This document shows positions 28,705 through 38,478 of a stretch of DNA of 64,000 nt, in pieces. The notes beneath the pieces were generated by a model. The model was not told the DNA's origin, did no database searches, and worked only from the letters and a program-made list of their open reading frames with translations. A program made the position numbers and the translations under genes. Source of the stretch: Candidatus Hydrogenedentota bacterium (GTDB lineage Bacteria; Hydrogenedentota; Hydrogenedentia; Hydrogenedentales; SLHB01); contig BTWA01000014.1 in NCBI GenBank assembly GCA_045863295.1, forward strand, positions 84,879-148,878, in the 5' to 3' direction. How positions within the stretch are numbered: the first letter of the stretch is position 1; every line of letters begins with the position of its first letter.

Positions 28705-29442
28705 ATGAAAAAGCATTGGTTGGCGGTTGGACTCGGGTTGCTGGTTTGCACAGCGTCCTTCGCCATAGAACCGGCCTACTACGGACCCAAAGGCAACCCA
28801 GAAGAACCGGCCACGCGCCCGTACAAAGCGATGTGGCGTGGGGTGAAAGCGTTTTTTTATCACCCTCCGAAGTCCACTCTTGACGGCCACGAGAAGTTGC
28901 CGATACTTGGCGGCGCGATCGAACTGCCGCGAGGCGTACGCCGTGGCACGGTCGAATTGACGGAAAGCACCTGGAAGGGCATGGCGGGATCGCGCATGCC
29001 GGATTACAAACAGCAGATGTATTTGAACGAGGTGATTAACGCGGATCAGCGTATTCACTTCTTGACGGACTATGTGGCCGCGGTTGGCGTAATCTGGATA
29101 GCAGGGGCGGCTCCGGCGTACCGGGTGTTCGGCGCGGGCGTGATCGAGATGGCGCAGATGCAGCTTGATTACGATGCGATGGGTCCGGAGGAACAGGAGG
29201 CACTTCGCGCGAATGCGTGGTACAACCGCGACCGTCTTGGCCTGTACAACCCGGATCGAAACACGCCGCCCAAGGAAGAGGATCCAAACCTGCGCGTGTT
29301 TGACGCGAAGCCGAAGAACGGCGATCTGCTGGAAATTCACACGATGGAAACGCAATCCGAGAATGCGTTCAGCGAAGAGTTTTCCGGCAACATGGTGCGC
29401 AAGCAGCGGAAGGGTAAATTGGCTGCCGAAAAGGCGAGCTGA
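28705..29442 (+). CDS. hypothetical secreted protein
   Basis: Clear Sec signal (MKKHW...ASFA); 245 aa; followed by a terminator hairpin. Confidence 0.75.
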   Translation: MKKHWLAVGLGLLVCTASFAIEPAYYGPKGNPEEPATRPYKAMWRGVKAFFYHPPKSTLDGHEKLPILGGAIELPRGVRRGTVELTESTWKGMAGSRMPDYKQQMYLNEVINADQRIHFLTDYVAAVGVIWIAGAAPAYRVFGAGVIEMAQMQLDYDAMGPEEQEALRANAWYNRDRLGLYNPDRNTPPKEEDPNLRVFDAKPKNGDLLEIHTMETQSENAFSEEFSGNMVRKQRKGKLAAEKAS

Positions 29443-29473
29443 AATCAATTGTTCTTGTAGACAATGACTGGCG

Positions 29474-29512
29474 ACAGGGAGAGTCGGGAAGGAATCCGGT
29501 TCTCCCTGTTTT
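29474..29512 (+). terminator. rho-independent terminator
   Basis: ACAGGGAGAGTCGGG / TCCGGTTCTCCCTGT stem followed by TTT, about 30 nt after the stop at 29442. Confidence 0.65.
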
Positions 29513-29627
29513 CATGTGTTCAAGGTGACATTTCCGCCGTCTTTTCGCTAGTATTTTGATCTTCAGGAACACTTTCAGGGTGCATGTAGTCCTACGTGCG
29601 CCTTCCATTTCCGGAATCGGGGAACCT

Positions 29628-31430
29628 GTGTTCGAATCGAGTCCAAAACAATTTCTCTTGTTGTTGATCTGCCTTGCATGCGGCGCTTTATTTTTTGAGT
29701 TGGGCCGGATGGATGTGTGGATGGACAACGAAGGGCAACGGACAGCGCCGCCAGCGGAAATGCTCCGATCGGGTGAATACCTGATACCCACGATCAACGG
29801 CGAGACTTACTTGAACAAACCGCCCTTACTGTATTGGGCCATCGCGGGTATGTACGCGCTTACAGGCACCACCGATCCGTGGGCAGCACGCTTTCCCACC
29901 GCGTTGAGTGCCGTACTGCTCGCCGTTGCATTGTACGGCCTTGGCCGAGGGCACTTGGGAGAGACGGCCGCGCGGTGGGGGTCTTTGTTGATGCTGTCGG
30001 CACCGTATTTCCTGCAGCGGGCGCGGTGGGCCGAGTTGGACGTTCCGTTAGTGTTGTTCACGTTTTGCGCGATCATGATGCTCTACAAAGCGACTCTCGT
30101 GGAAGGGCGCGCCGCGGCTATCCGTAGGGTACTGGTAGGTGGGGCGGCCCTGGCTGCGGCGGTGCTGCTCAAAGGGCCGGTGCCATTCCTTTTTCTTTGG
30201 ACTGGTTTCATTGCGACCCTGGCCGTTCACGGCAAACCGAAGTCTACGGTGCTGCACGTGTGCGCATTTGCGACGCTACTCGCGTTTGGTTACCAGTGCG
30301 CAGTGGAATTGTCGGCTTGGGCAAATCCCGTATTCAGACCTGTTGCGGAAAAGCCGATCGGTCTGGTTTTTGTTGTGGCTGTGTGGTCAATCGGTCTCCT
30401 TGGTTGGGCCCAGGAACGGCGGGGCCGGGTGATGGCGGTGTGGATGGGGGGAGCTTTGGCCGGCGTGTTGGGCGCTGCTCCGTGGGGCATCGGGGTGGTT
30501 ATGGCAAAGGGCTGGCCATTCATTCAATCGCTGCTTGACGAACAAGTGGTCGAACGCGTCTCTGTCGCGAGCGAGATCAATTCCGGGTTCGCCTGGTACT
30601 ACGTGAGTTATCTGCCTTTGCTTTGCGCTCCCTGGGGACTGCTCTTCCTGTTACATCCCTTGCCGTCGTTGTGGCGATCATCTCCCATGGGGTACCGTTT
30701 TGTTATCGTGACAGGCTGGTTGAGCGTTGTGGTGTTTTCGCTGATTGCCGGAAAGGAGTATGAGTACATTTTGCCGGCGTTTCCGTTTCTTTTGTTGGCG
30801 AATGGCTGCCTTCTGGCCGGTGTCTCTCTGAAGCGTTCGATTCCATTTGTCGAGAATACGGTCAAGATTGCATCCCAAGTATTGATTTTGGCTTTGCCTC
30901 CGGTGGCAGTCGCGGGTACAGTATACACAGCCGTTGAGTTTGGGCATCCGCTCTTGACTCTCGAAATGACCGTTATCGCCTTGGTTTGCTGTGCGGTTGC
31001 ATGGCGTGCTTGGACGGTCCCTGTCCTTCGCATTCAATCCGCTTATATCCTTGGCATTCTGATTTCCGTAGCCGCGTTGGTGTCGCAATCGTTTCATTAC
31101 ACGGGCGATGAATCGCCCAAGGCGATTGCGCAATTGGCTGGCCGATTGGCCCGTGCTGGGTATGTCGTGGAAACCACAAAGGCCTATCCGGCGGTTGCAT
31201 ACTATGCGGCCACTCGAATCCCCGAAGTGAAAAGTGCGGAAGTGGTCAAAGAGAAGTTGTCGGGGCCTGATCCGTATTACTGCCTGACACGCAACGAATA
31301 TCTTCCGGCCATCAAACAATACTTGCCCCCAGATATTCGCAATCCCTTGGCAGGTCCTGTCGGGTTTAAAGGACTGATTCTCGTGGGAAATGCCAGCGTG
31401 CCTGAACTCGAGGAAGTTTCAAATCAATGA
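29628..31430 (+). CDS. ArnT/PMT-type (GT83/GT39) polyprenyl-sugar glycosyltransferase, multi-TM
   Basis: DNEG...EML, YLNKPPLLYW, AARFP, AELD and LLKGPV, plus KEYEYILP; many TM helices. Start uncertain (29556-29628). Confidence 0.9.
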   Translation: MFESSPKQFLLLLICLACGALFFELGRMDVWMDNEGQRTAPPAEMLRSGEYLIPTINGETYLNKPPLLYWAIAGMYALTGTTDPWAARFPTALSAVLLAVALYGLGRGHLGETAARWGSLLMLSAPYFLQRARWAELDVPLVLFTFCAIMMLYKATLVEGRAAAIRRVLVGGAALAAAVLLKGPVPFLFLWTGFIATLAVHGKPKSTVLHVCAFATLLAFGYQCAVELSAWANPVFRPVAEKPIGLVFVVAVWSIGLLGWAQERRGRVMAVWMGGALAGVLGAAPWGIGVVMAKGWPFIQSLLDEQVVERVSVASEINSGFAWYYVSYLPLLCAPWGLLFLLHPLPSLWRSSPMGYRFVIVTGWLSVVVFSLIAGKEYEYILPAFPFLLLANGCLLAGVSLKRSIPFVENTVKIASQVLILALPPVAVAGTVYTAVEFGHPLLTLEMTVIALVCCAVAWRAWTVPVLRIQSAYILGILISVAALVSQSFHYTGDESPKAIAQLAGRLARAGYVVETTKAYPAVAYYAATRIPEVKSAEVVKEKLSGPDPYYCLTRNEYLPAIKQYLPPDIRNPLAGPVGFKGLILVGNASVPELEEVSNQ

Positions 31431-31623
31431 CGTGCAGAGTTTCGAGACGGTTGTACCGATTCAAGTGGTAAAACAGAACGGAAAATCCGGAATCGATTCA
31501 TTGTAGTTACCGCGATTCACGGCGGTCATGCATCCAATCCAGCCCGTAATTGGAAAATCCCGGCGGCGCAGTCTCTCGATGCACCTTGTCCGACTACACG
31601 CAGATTAGGGCATGCAGCAGTAG

Positions 31624-32250
31624 TTATTTTGGTTGTGTAAGCGCTGTATAGCTTGTTATCAGGTTGCGATAGTCTGGAATACGGTTGGAAAACAGCGCTG
31701 CGAGGCCTTCGACGTCGTTTCGCCAATCTCGGTGCAATTCGCACGCCACAGCGAACCAGTTCATCAATTGTGCGCCTGCGGCCGCCATACGTGTCCAGGC
31801 GGAATGACGGGCGATCTCGTCAAAGGTGCCGGATGCGTCGGTTACGACGAATACTTCATACCCTTCTTCAATAGCGGACAATGCAGGGAACGCGACGCAC
31901 ACTTCGGTCACAATACCGGCAATAATCAATTGCTTCCTGCCTGTTGCCTTGACTGCTTGCACGAATTCTTCGTTGTCCCATGCGTTGATATTGCCAGGTC
32001 GGGCGATGAAAGGCGCGTCAGGAAAGAGCTTCTTGAGTTCCGGCATCAGCAGTCCATTGGGGCCGTTTTCAAAACTCGTAGTGAGAATAGTGGGGAGTTT
32101 GAAATAGAGTGCCAGATCAGCGAGAGCCAACACGTTGTTCGTGAATTTAGCCGGTTCGATGTCACGAACGAGCGATAGCAAGCCAGCTTGGTGGTCCACC
32201 AATAGAACGGCCGCGTTGTTCTTGTCAAGACGTACATATGGCTTATCCAT
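31624..32250 (-). CDS. ycaC: YcaC-like isochorismatase-family cysteine hydrolase
   Basis: PYVRLDKNNAAVLLVDHQAGL, RPGNINAWDN, GIVTEVCV and ELHRDWRND closely follow YcaC; AAGGAG RBS. Confidence 0.92.
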   Translation of the reverse strand: MDKPYVRLDKNNAAVLLVDHQAGLLSLVRDIEPAKFTNNVLALADLALYFKLPTILTTSFENGPNGLLMPELKKLFPDAPFIARPGNINAWDNEEFVQAVKATGRKQLIIAGIVTEVCVAFPALSAIEEGYEVFVVTDASGTFDEIARHSAWTRMAAAGAQLMNWFAVACELHRDWRNDVEGLAALFSNRIPDYRNLITSYTALTQPK

Positions 32251-32472
32251 GCTGTTACTCCTTCGAGTATTAGAAAGCCGATACCTTAATGCCTTGCAGG
32301 TACTCTCCATTATCGCACGCCTGAAAGGGTTTATCTATAGCATGAAGCACCACAAATTGAGTCCGTTATCGTTTTCACGTTGCGTGATGTTTGCATCCGG
32401 CGCCAGTGCGGCTGAAGTGCGTTTCTTTCACCGGCTAGCGGCGACTGTAGTTCAACCCGGAGCAGAATGCGG

Positions 32473-32478
32473 TATACT
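32473..32478 (+). promoter_or_regulatory. -10 element (TATACT) upstream of rnpB
   Basis: TATACT ends about 7 nt before the predicted rnpB 5' end; -35 is weak. Confidence 0.55.
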
Positions 32479-32485
32479 CTCTTCT

Positions 32486-32866
32486 GCAGCAAGTTGGCCG
32501 GACGGCCGCGGTGCTTCGCAAGAAGCATGGAGGAAAGTCCGAGCTCCACAGGGCAAGGTGCCTGGTAACGCCAGGGCGGGGCAACCCGACGGAAAGTGGC
32601 ACAGAAACGACACCGCCGATGGCCGGGCTTTTGTCCGGATCAGGCAAGGGTGAAATGGTGCGGTAAGAGCGCACCGGTGGCCCGGCAACGGGCCAGCCGG
32701 CTAAACCCCACCTGGAGCAATGCCTAATAGGGGATCCATGAAGCGGCCCGCTTCGATCCCGGGTTGGCAGCTTGAGGCGTCCGGCGACGGGCGTCCCAGA
32801 TGAATGGCCGTCACGGAGTCTTTCGGGATTCTACGACAGAACTCGGCTTACAGGCCGGCTTGTTGC
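32486..32866 (+). ncRNA. rnpB: RNase P RNA (bacterial type A)
   Basis: GAGGAAAGTCCGAGCTC, GGAAAGTGGCACAGAAA, AGGGTGAAATGGTGCGGTAAGAGCGCACC, GGCTAAACCCCACCTGGAGCAA and ACAGAACTCGGCTTA; P1 ends pair (GCAGCAAGTTGGCC / GGCCGGCTTGTTGC). Confidence 0.98.
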
Positions 32867-32877
32867 GCGTATCATGA

Positions 32878-32915
32878 CAGGGCCGCCGCACGACGAGACA
32901 CGTGCGGCGGCCCTG
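32878..32915. terminator. 15-bp perfect GC hairpin between convergent rnpB and PKD-FGE gene (probable terminator or processing stem)
   Basis: CAGGGCCGCCGCACG-N8-CGTGCGGCGGCCCTG; no strong U tract on either strand. Confidence 0.6.
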
Positions 32916-32937
32916 AAACCATTCAAGGTGAAATCAC

Positions 32938-35900
32938 TTATTCTTCTTCTTCGAAGCAACTCGATTCGGGAATCATGATCCGGAATCCGATGAAGTTTTC
33001 GCAGACCGATGGTTCGGCCGAATCCCGCCGCGCCGTTCTCAGTTCGTTCGTATCGGTTTCCTGCCAACTTCCGCCGCGCACAATAATTTCATCCGTGGAG
33101 AAATCGCCTCCTGCCGCCTTAAAGGGCGGGGTATAGTCGAACGGCGCAGTCTGCGTCCATTCCCACACGTTACCGGTCATGTCGAAGCAACCGGCTGGGC
33201 TTCGGCTATCCACGGTGCCAGCATTGGAGCCGTTGTAAAATCCGACGTTTGTGGTAAACGGCGGATTGGTCAGAGTCAGCGGATTGGCGGACGCGAAATT
33301 GGCGCGGGTGGGGTCAATCGTATTCGCGCTGAAGCCAAATATAAAGTGGGTATTCGTCGCGTTGTTCCACGCAGCCGCATGTTCCCAGTTGTCTTCATTG
33401 GGCAACTGGAATCCTATTGGGCCAATGCCCGGAGAAAACGTGAACGTGGTGAGATCGTACGTTGCGTCAAAGCCTTGTTCGGTGTTCACCCACACGCAAT
33501 AGGCGATGGCGCCAAACCAACTCACCTCGGTGACCGGATGTTCAGCCATGGATTGGTTGTCACGACGCTTGACGAAGAACAGACCGAGCGTGCTGTCGAA
33601 TTCGATATCCGAGAATTCGCCTGCGCCGCTGCCCCCGGCAATTTGCAGTAGACGCACGCCGTTGAAGAAGACATCGCCGCCGTCGTAAGGGTCACCGGCC
33701 TGGTTTTCAAAGGCGAAACTGTCGCTGAGTGCGAAGTTCAGCGCGTCGACATATTGAATGTTTGTCGTTTCCGTATCCGCCATGCTGATGGCTTCGGTGG
33801 GAATGCCGGGCATCTGCGGCAATTCATTGGGGAATGTCATACCGTCATTGATTTCTTCGTCTGATGGTCCTTGGTCGAAGAAGTCAAAATCGTGGCAGAC
33901 GAAGAGCGGCAGGACAGGTTCTGAGGCCGTAATTGTGACTGTATCCTGCGTACTGGCGACCTTTGCGGCCGGTTGTCCGTCATTGACGATCAGCCCAATG
34001 GTGTAGTTACCGGCCACGTCTGGTATGAACGTTGGCGTGGACGACGTTGGATTTTGCAGTGTGGTGACGCTGCCAATGGGCTGCGACACGATGGTCCATG
34101 CAAAAGTCAACGGATCGCTGTTCGGATCGCTCGATCCCGTTCCGTCCAGTTGCACCTCTTCAAACTGGAACAACGTCTGATCGCCGCCGGCATTGGCCTG
34201 GGGCGGGTCGTTTGTGACCGAAATCGTAACGGTGTCCATTGAGGAATCGTCAAAGCCGTCGTTTACGACGAGTCCGAGCACGTAGGGACCCGCGACGTCG
34301 GGAGTGAAACTCGGGGTACTCGTGGTGGCATTGCTCAATGTGGCCGTGCTTCCGCCGGGGGCCGATTCGATGGTCCATGCAAATGTCAATGGATCGCTGT
34401 CGGCATCGGAAGACCCGGAGCCATTAAGAGACACCAAGGTCTTGTTCTCTACGGTTTGCGGAGGGCCGGCTTCGGCGTCCGGGACTTGGTTGATGCAATC
34501 AATCACGACCGTCGCTTTCGGGCTTGGGATTTTTGCGGGCTTCCCGTCGTTCACGATCAGACCGAACGTGTAGGTGCCCAACAAATCGGCATTGACCGTC
34601 GGATTTTGAGCCACGTTACTTGACAAGGCGGCTGTACTTCCTCCCGGCACACTCTCAATCGACCACAGGTAGGTCAGTGCATCGCCTTGCGGGTCAGTGC
34701 CGTTGCCCAACAAATGAATGAGTTCCCCGCGCACTACGGCCTTTTCTTGAATGGATGGCAGTGCGGTGGGTGGGCTGTTGGGCGGCAACACGGTAATCAC
34801 CACTGTATCGGGATTGCTGGCGACCTTGGTGGGTTGTCCGTCATCGACGATCAAGCTGAATTCATACTCGCCTGGTATGGAAGGCTCGAACGATGGACTT
34901 ACCGTGTTAGCGTTTTCCAACGTGATTCCTGGAACCACTTTGGCGCCGGCTCCTGGCTGGCTGACAATTGTCCACGCGTAGGTGATTGTGTCGCCGTTTG
35001 GATCAAACGACGCAGATCCGTCGAGGGTCACAACGGATCCGTCAAAGGCTTTTACGTCATCAAAAGACAAAGTAACCGTTTCATCGGGGCCGGCGTTGGC
35101 CGTCGGGGGTAAATTTGCTTCGGTCATGGTGATGATGACGTTGTCCGGCTGACTGGCCACTTTGTCAGGCTTGCCGTCGTTCACAATCAACTGAAATTCG
35201 TACTCGCCCTCGGCAAAGGGAAAGAATGTAGGTGTTGCGGTGTCCGCGTTACTCAAGGATAAGGCACGCGGGGCGGGCATCGGAGGCGCCACCGCAGGCG
35301 TGCGAACGACCGTCCACGCATACGTGATGGGATCGCCGTTCGGGTCAAACGATTGTGTGCCGTCCAGTTGCACGCCGCCGGATTCTTGTTTCGCGGGTGT
35401 GGCCAAAACCTCGGTACGATCGGGGCCCGCGTCTGCGATGGGCGCAAAATTCGGGAACTGCATGGTGATGACGACATTGTCGGGTTGGCTTGCCACTTTG
35501 GAGGCCTTGCCATCGTCGACCGTCAACTGGAATTCGTATTCGCCTGCAATGAACGGGATAAACGTGGGATTGGCCGTGTTTGCTCCGCTAAGCTCGATAT
35601 CTGTGGAGATTCCCTTGGTCTGGCCTGGAGTACGAACGACAGTCCACGAGTAGGTGATAGTGTCGCCATCCGGGTCGAACGATTCTGTACCGTCCAATTC
35701 AACGGACCCTGATTCCTGCTTTCCAAGATTGGTCAGAAATTCGGTCCGATCGTCGCCGGCGTCAGCCACTGGGGGGCGATTGGGGATATCATCGACACCG
35801 ATGCATACGGCGTCGTTAATGGTCGCTGTGCCGCAGAATCCATTGGAAAGCGTTACGGTGAGCGATACGTCATAGCACCCCGGCGCCGTGTATTGGTGAA

Positions 35901-36252
35901 TGACGTTTTGTCCGACGCCGGTAGTACCATCGCCAAAATCCCAGTCCCATCGAATTGGAAACCCTACAAACAGAAAGTCAAAATTAAACTGGGTGCCCTG
36001 GGGTGCAGGTCCGTTGTCCACGGGGTCGTCGTCGCCGGGCGTTGGTTCGTCACGGAATTTTGCAAGGACCAGCGGTGGCGATACGGTTACATCGCCCTCG
36101 AACAGGATGTCCGTGTTGGGTTGTGCCACACGAGGACTTGCTGTGATTGTTGGCTGTACCAATCCCGTTGGGCATTTAAACCCAACCAGGACCAATACCA
36201 AGGAAACCATGACAAACTTGAAGTGTCGCTGCATGAATACACGCGCGTTCAT
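32938..36252 (-). CDS. surface protein: PKD domain + six PKD/K319L-like Ig repeats + C-terminal FGE-sulfatase (SUMF1/CLec-fold) domain
   Basis: WDFGDG PKD motif; six NxxPxAxAG...LDG..S.DP.GD...Y.W repeats; HPVTEVSW, LPNEDNWEHAA, DMTGNVWEW, RGGSW and IGFR; GGAGG RBS before ATG 36252. Confidence 0.92.
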   Translation of the reverse strand: MNARVFMQRHFKFVMVSLVLVLVGFKCPTGLVQPTITASPRVAQPNTDILFEGDVTVSPPLVLAKFRDEPTPGDDDPVDNGPAPQGTQFNFDFLFVGFPIRWDWDFGDGTTGVGQNVIHQYTAPGCYDVSLTVTLSNGFCGTATINDAVCIGVDDIPNRPPVADAGDDRTEFLTNLGKQESGSVELDGTESFDPDGDTITYSWTVVRTPGQTKGISTDIELSGANTANPTFIPFIAGEYEFQLTVDDGKASKVASQPDNVVITMQFPNFAPIADAGPDRTEVLATPAKQESGGVQLDGTQSFDPNGDPITYAWTVVRTPAVAPPMPAPRALSLSNADTATPTFFPFAEGEYEFQLIVNDGKPDKVASQPDNVIITMTEANLPPTANAGPDETVTLSFDDVKAFDGSVVTLDGSASFDPNGDTITYAWTIVSQPGAGAKVVPGITLENANTVSPSFEPSIPGEYEFSLIVDDGQPTKVASNPDTVVITVLPPNSPPTALPSIQEKAVVRGELIHLLGNGTDPQGDALTYLWSIESVPGGSTAALSSNVAQNPTVNADLLGTYTFGLIVNDGKPAKIPSPKATVVIDCINQVPDAEAGPPQTVENKTLVSLNGSGSSDADSDPLTFAWTIESAPGGSTATLSNATTSTPSFTPDVAGPYVLGLVVNDGFDDSSMDTVTISVTNDPPQANAGGDQTLFQFEEVQLDGTGSSDPNSDPLTFAWTIVSQPIGSVTTLQNPTSSTPTFIPDVAGNYTIGLIVNDGQPAAKVASTQDTVTITASEPVLPLFVCHDFDFFDQGPSDEEINDGMTFPNELPQMPGIPTEAISMADTETTNIQYVDALNFALSDSFAFENQAGDPYDGGDVFFNGVRLLQIAGGSGAGEFSDIEFDSTLGLFFVKRRDNQSMAEHPVTEVSWFGAIAYCVWVNTEQGFDATYDLTTFTFSPGIGPIGFQLPNEDNWEHAAAWNNATNTHFIFGFSANTIDPTRANFASANPLTLTNPPFTTNVGFYNGSNAGTVDSRSPAGCFDMTGNVWEWTQTAPFDYTPPFKAAGGDFSTDEIIVRGGSWQETDTNELRTARRDSAEPSVCENFIGFRIMIPESSCFEEEE

Positions 36253-36548
36253 GACGCCTCCTTCGCACATTCAAGGCCGCAGTTCATACGACCGAGTCAC
36301 AATCGTCCGTCGCCGCCATCTAAATAATGCAGTTGACTGATTGCTTCTACATTCCAGCCAGGCATCGACTCCAAGAATTCCCGCCTTTGGGCTGATCGGT
36401 CAGAATCACCATTCATACCGGCTGTGCAAGCGAACCTGCCCAAAGCAGGTCCGCTGAGGTCCGAGTCACCACAAGTACCGCACAAGCACGCGATTCACTT
36501 CATCCCGGCTGGCCCTATTGGCCTCCGGCACATAGTCCACAATGTGGG

Positions 36549-36563
36549 TGCACCGCGTTCATT
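36549..36563. repeat. 15-bp direct repeat, copy 1 (TGCACCGCGTTCATT)
   Basis: Identical to 38464-38478; overlaps the stop codon of the shorter PKD gene. Confidence 0.7.
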
Positions 36564-38367
36564 GTGGCGATTCAAGCAACACGGTTACAATCACATTATC
36601 GGGAGTGCTCGCTACCTTTGTGGGCTTGCCGTCGTCCACAATAAGTTGAAATTCGTATTCACCCGTTAGAATGGGCGTGAACGTTGGATTTGGGCTGTTC
36701 GAACCGGACAACGTAATATCGACAGCCTTGGTTTGTTGGGAGCTTGGCTGGCTAACGATGGTCCACGCATAGGTGAGTCCATCACCGTCGGGATCAAACG
36801 ACTTAGTTCCATCGAGCGTAACCACGCCATTTTCGATAATCTTGAATTCATTGAATTCCAGGAAGACAGTTTCGTCCGGACCTGCGTTTGCAATCGGTAG
36901 TTGATTCGGGAACGAGGCGGTGATAATGACATTGTCCGGTTGGCTTGCCACCTTGGACACTTGTCCATCATTGACAATCAATTGGAATTCATATTCGCCG
37001 GGCACGGTGGGAGTAAAGGTCGGACTGGCCGTGTCGGCGCCATTGAGCGTAATGGCCCGGCTACCTTTTCCAGCTACAGCCGACGGATCACGCACGACCG
37101 TCCAGGCATAGGTCAGCGGATCGCCGTCCAAGTCAAATGATCCCGTGCCGTCCAGTGTCACCACCGTTCCGTCGAAGGCCTTCTTATCGGCGAATTGCAG
37201 TGTAATCGATTCGTCGGGGCCGGCGTTTGCGATCGGAGCCCGGTTTGGAATTTCCATTGTGATCACCACGTTATCCGGCTGGCTTGCCACTTTGGTAGGT
37301 TTGCCATCGTCGACAATCAATTGAAATTCATACTCGCCCGGGGCGAACGGGAAAAATGTCGGCGTTGCTGTGTCGGCATTGCTCAGAGACAACGCACGGA
37401 TGGCGGGCAACGGAAGCGGTACGTCGGGGGTTCTGATTACAGTCCACGAATAGGTGATGGGATCGCCATTAGGATCGAACGAGCTTGAACCGTCCAACTG
37501 CACGCCGCCCGATTCTTGCCTGATTTCCAAGAAATCCTCAGTGCGATCCGGACCCGCCAACGCAACGGGGGGAAAATTGGGCTCAACCATCGTGATAATT
37601 ACATTGTCTGGTTGGCTTTCTATTTTTTCCGCTTGTCCATCGTCGACAATCAATTGGAACTCATACTCGCCTGGGAAGAACGGGAAGAAGGTGGGAGTCG
37701 CCGTGTCCGCATCTTCCAGTTCAATCTCGCGGGAGCTGATACGATCCGGTTGCGGGGACCGAACGACAGTCCATGAATAGGTGATCTCGTCGTCATCCGG
37801 GTCGAAGGACTGGGTGCCGTCCAGTTGCACAGTACCCGTTTCCTGTTTGCCAAAGATGGCGAGGGTTTCCGTTCTGTCGTCGCCTGCATCGGCCACGGGC
37901 GGACGATTCGGAATATCTCCCATTCCGGCGCATACGGCGTCGTTGATGAATGCGGTTCCCGTCAATCCGTTTGAAAGGGTTACTTTTAATGTGACGTCAT
38001 AACAGCCTGGAGCGGTATATTGGTGAAAGACGTTTTGGCCCTTGGCCTTGACTCCGTCGCCAAAATCCCAGTCCCAGGAAATGATGAACACAGGAAATGC
38101 CGGCAAAACCGGCGGTGGATTCACTCCACCCTGAGGCGGGTCGTCGTCGCCGGGTTGCGGTTCATCCCGGAATTTTGACAGCGCGAGTGGCGGCAAGATG
38201 TCGACATCGCCTTCGAAGAGGATGTCCGTGTTGAGATCGGCGTTGCGCGGACTAATTGAAATCTTGGGCTGAATCAAGGTTGTCGGACACTCAAATCCAA
38301 GCAGGGCCAAAACAATTGGCAATAGCAAATAATTCAGACGTTTTCCCGTTACTGTCCGCGCGCTCAT
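36559..38367 (-). CDS. surface protein: PKD domain + four PKD/K319L-like Ig repeats (paralogue of the downstream gene, lacking the FGE domain)
   Basis: AGGAGGT RBS before ATG 38367; N-terminus colinear with 32938-36252 (GFECPT vs GFKCPT, KFRDEP, WDFGDG, TAPGCYDV); four repeats. Confidence 0.92.
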   Translation of the reverse strand: MSARTVTGKRLNYLLLPIVLALLGFECPTTLIQPKISISPRNADLNTDILFEGDVDILPPLALSKFRDEPQPGDDDPPQGGVNPPPVLPAFPVFIISWDWDFGDGVKAKGQNVFHQYTAPGCYDVTLKVTLSNGLTGTAFINDAVCAGMGDIPNRPPVADAGDDRTETLAIFGKQETGTVQLDGTQSFDPDDDEITYSWTVVRSPQPDRISSREIELEDADTATPTFFPFFPGEYEFQLIVDDGQAEKIESQPDNVIITMVEPNFPPVALAGPDRTEDFLEIRQESGGVQLDGSSSFDPNGDPITYSWTVIRTPDVPLPLPAIRALSLSNADTATPTFFPFAPGEYEFQLIVDDGKPTKVASQPDNVVITMEIPNRAPIANAGPDESITLQFADKKAFDGTVVTLDGTGSFDLDGDPLTYAWTVVRDPSAVAGKGSRAITLNGADTASPTFTPTVPGEYEFQLIVNDGQVSKVASQPDNVIITASFPNQLPIANAGPDETVFLEFNEFKIIENGVVTLDGTKSFDPDGDGLTYAWTIVSQPSSQQTKAVDITLSGSNSPNPTFTPILTGEYEFQLIVDDGKPTKVASTPDNVIVTVLLESPQ

Positions 38368-38463
38368 CCCACCTCCTACCCAAAACACAGTTACCTTAGA
38401 AACCTGTGCGCCCCAACCCCAAATCACAATGCGGGCCAAGACAGAACGGATCTCACCCGGTTT

Positions 38464-38478
38464 TGCACCGCGTTCATT
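38464..38478. repeat. 15-bp direct repeat, copy 2 (TGCACCGCGTTCATT)
   Basis: Identical to 36549-36563; about 100 nt upstream of ATG 38367. Confidence 0.7.

Noticed and set aside
26035..29448. Long minus-strand ORFs (26035-27093, 27378-28364, 28273-29448)
   Set aside because: Arg/Pro-rich shadows of the supported plus-strand genes.
32135..33136. Several short ORFs across the rnpB region
   Set aside because: Explained by the RNase P RNA and the adjacent real genes.
36426..36443. sigma54-like GGCAGG...TTGC upstream of the PKD-FGE gene
   Set aside because: GG-to-GC spacing is 11 nt instead of the strict 10.
32938..38367. PKD-gene DNA repeats as a CRISPR array or a complete DGR
   Set aside because: The repeats are in-frame, ~330-nt degenerate coding units without unique spacers; no cas gene, RT or template repeat is in the window.
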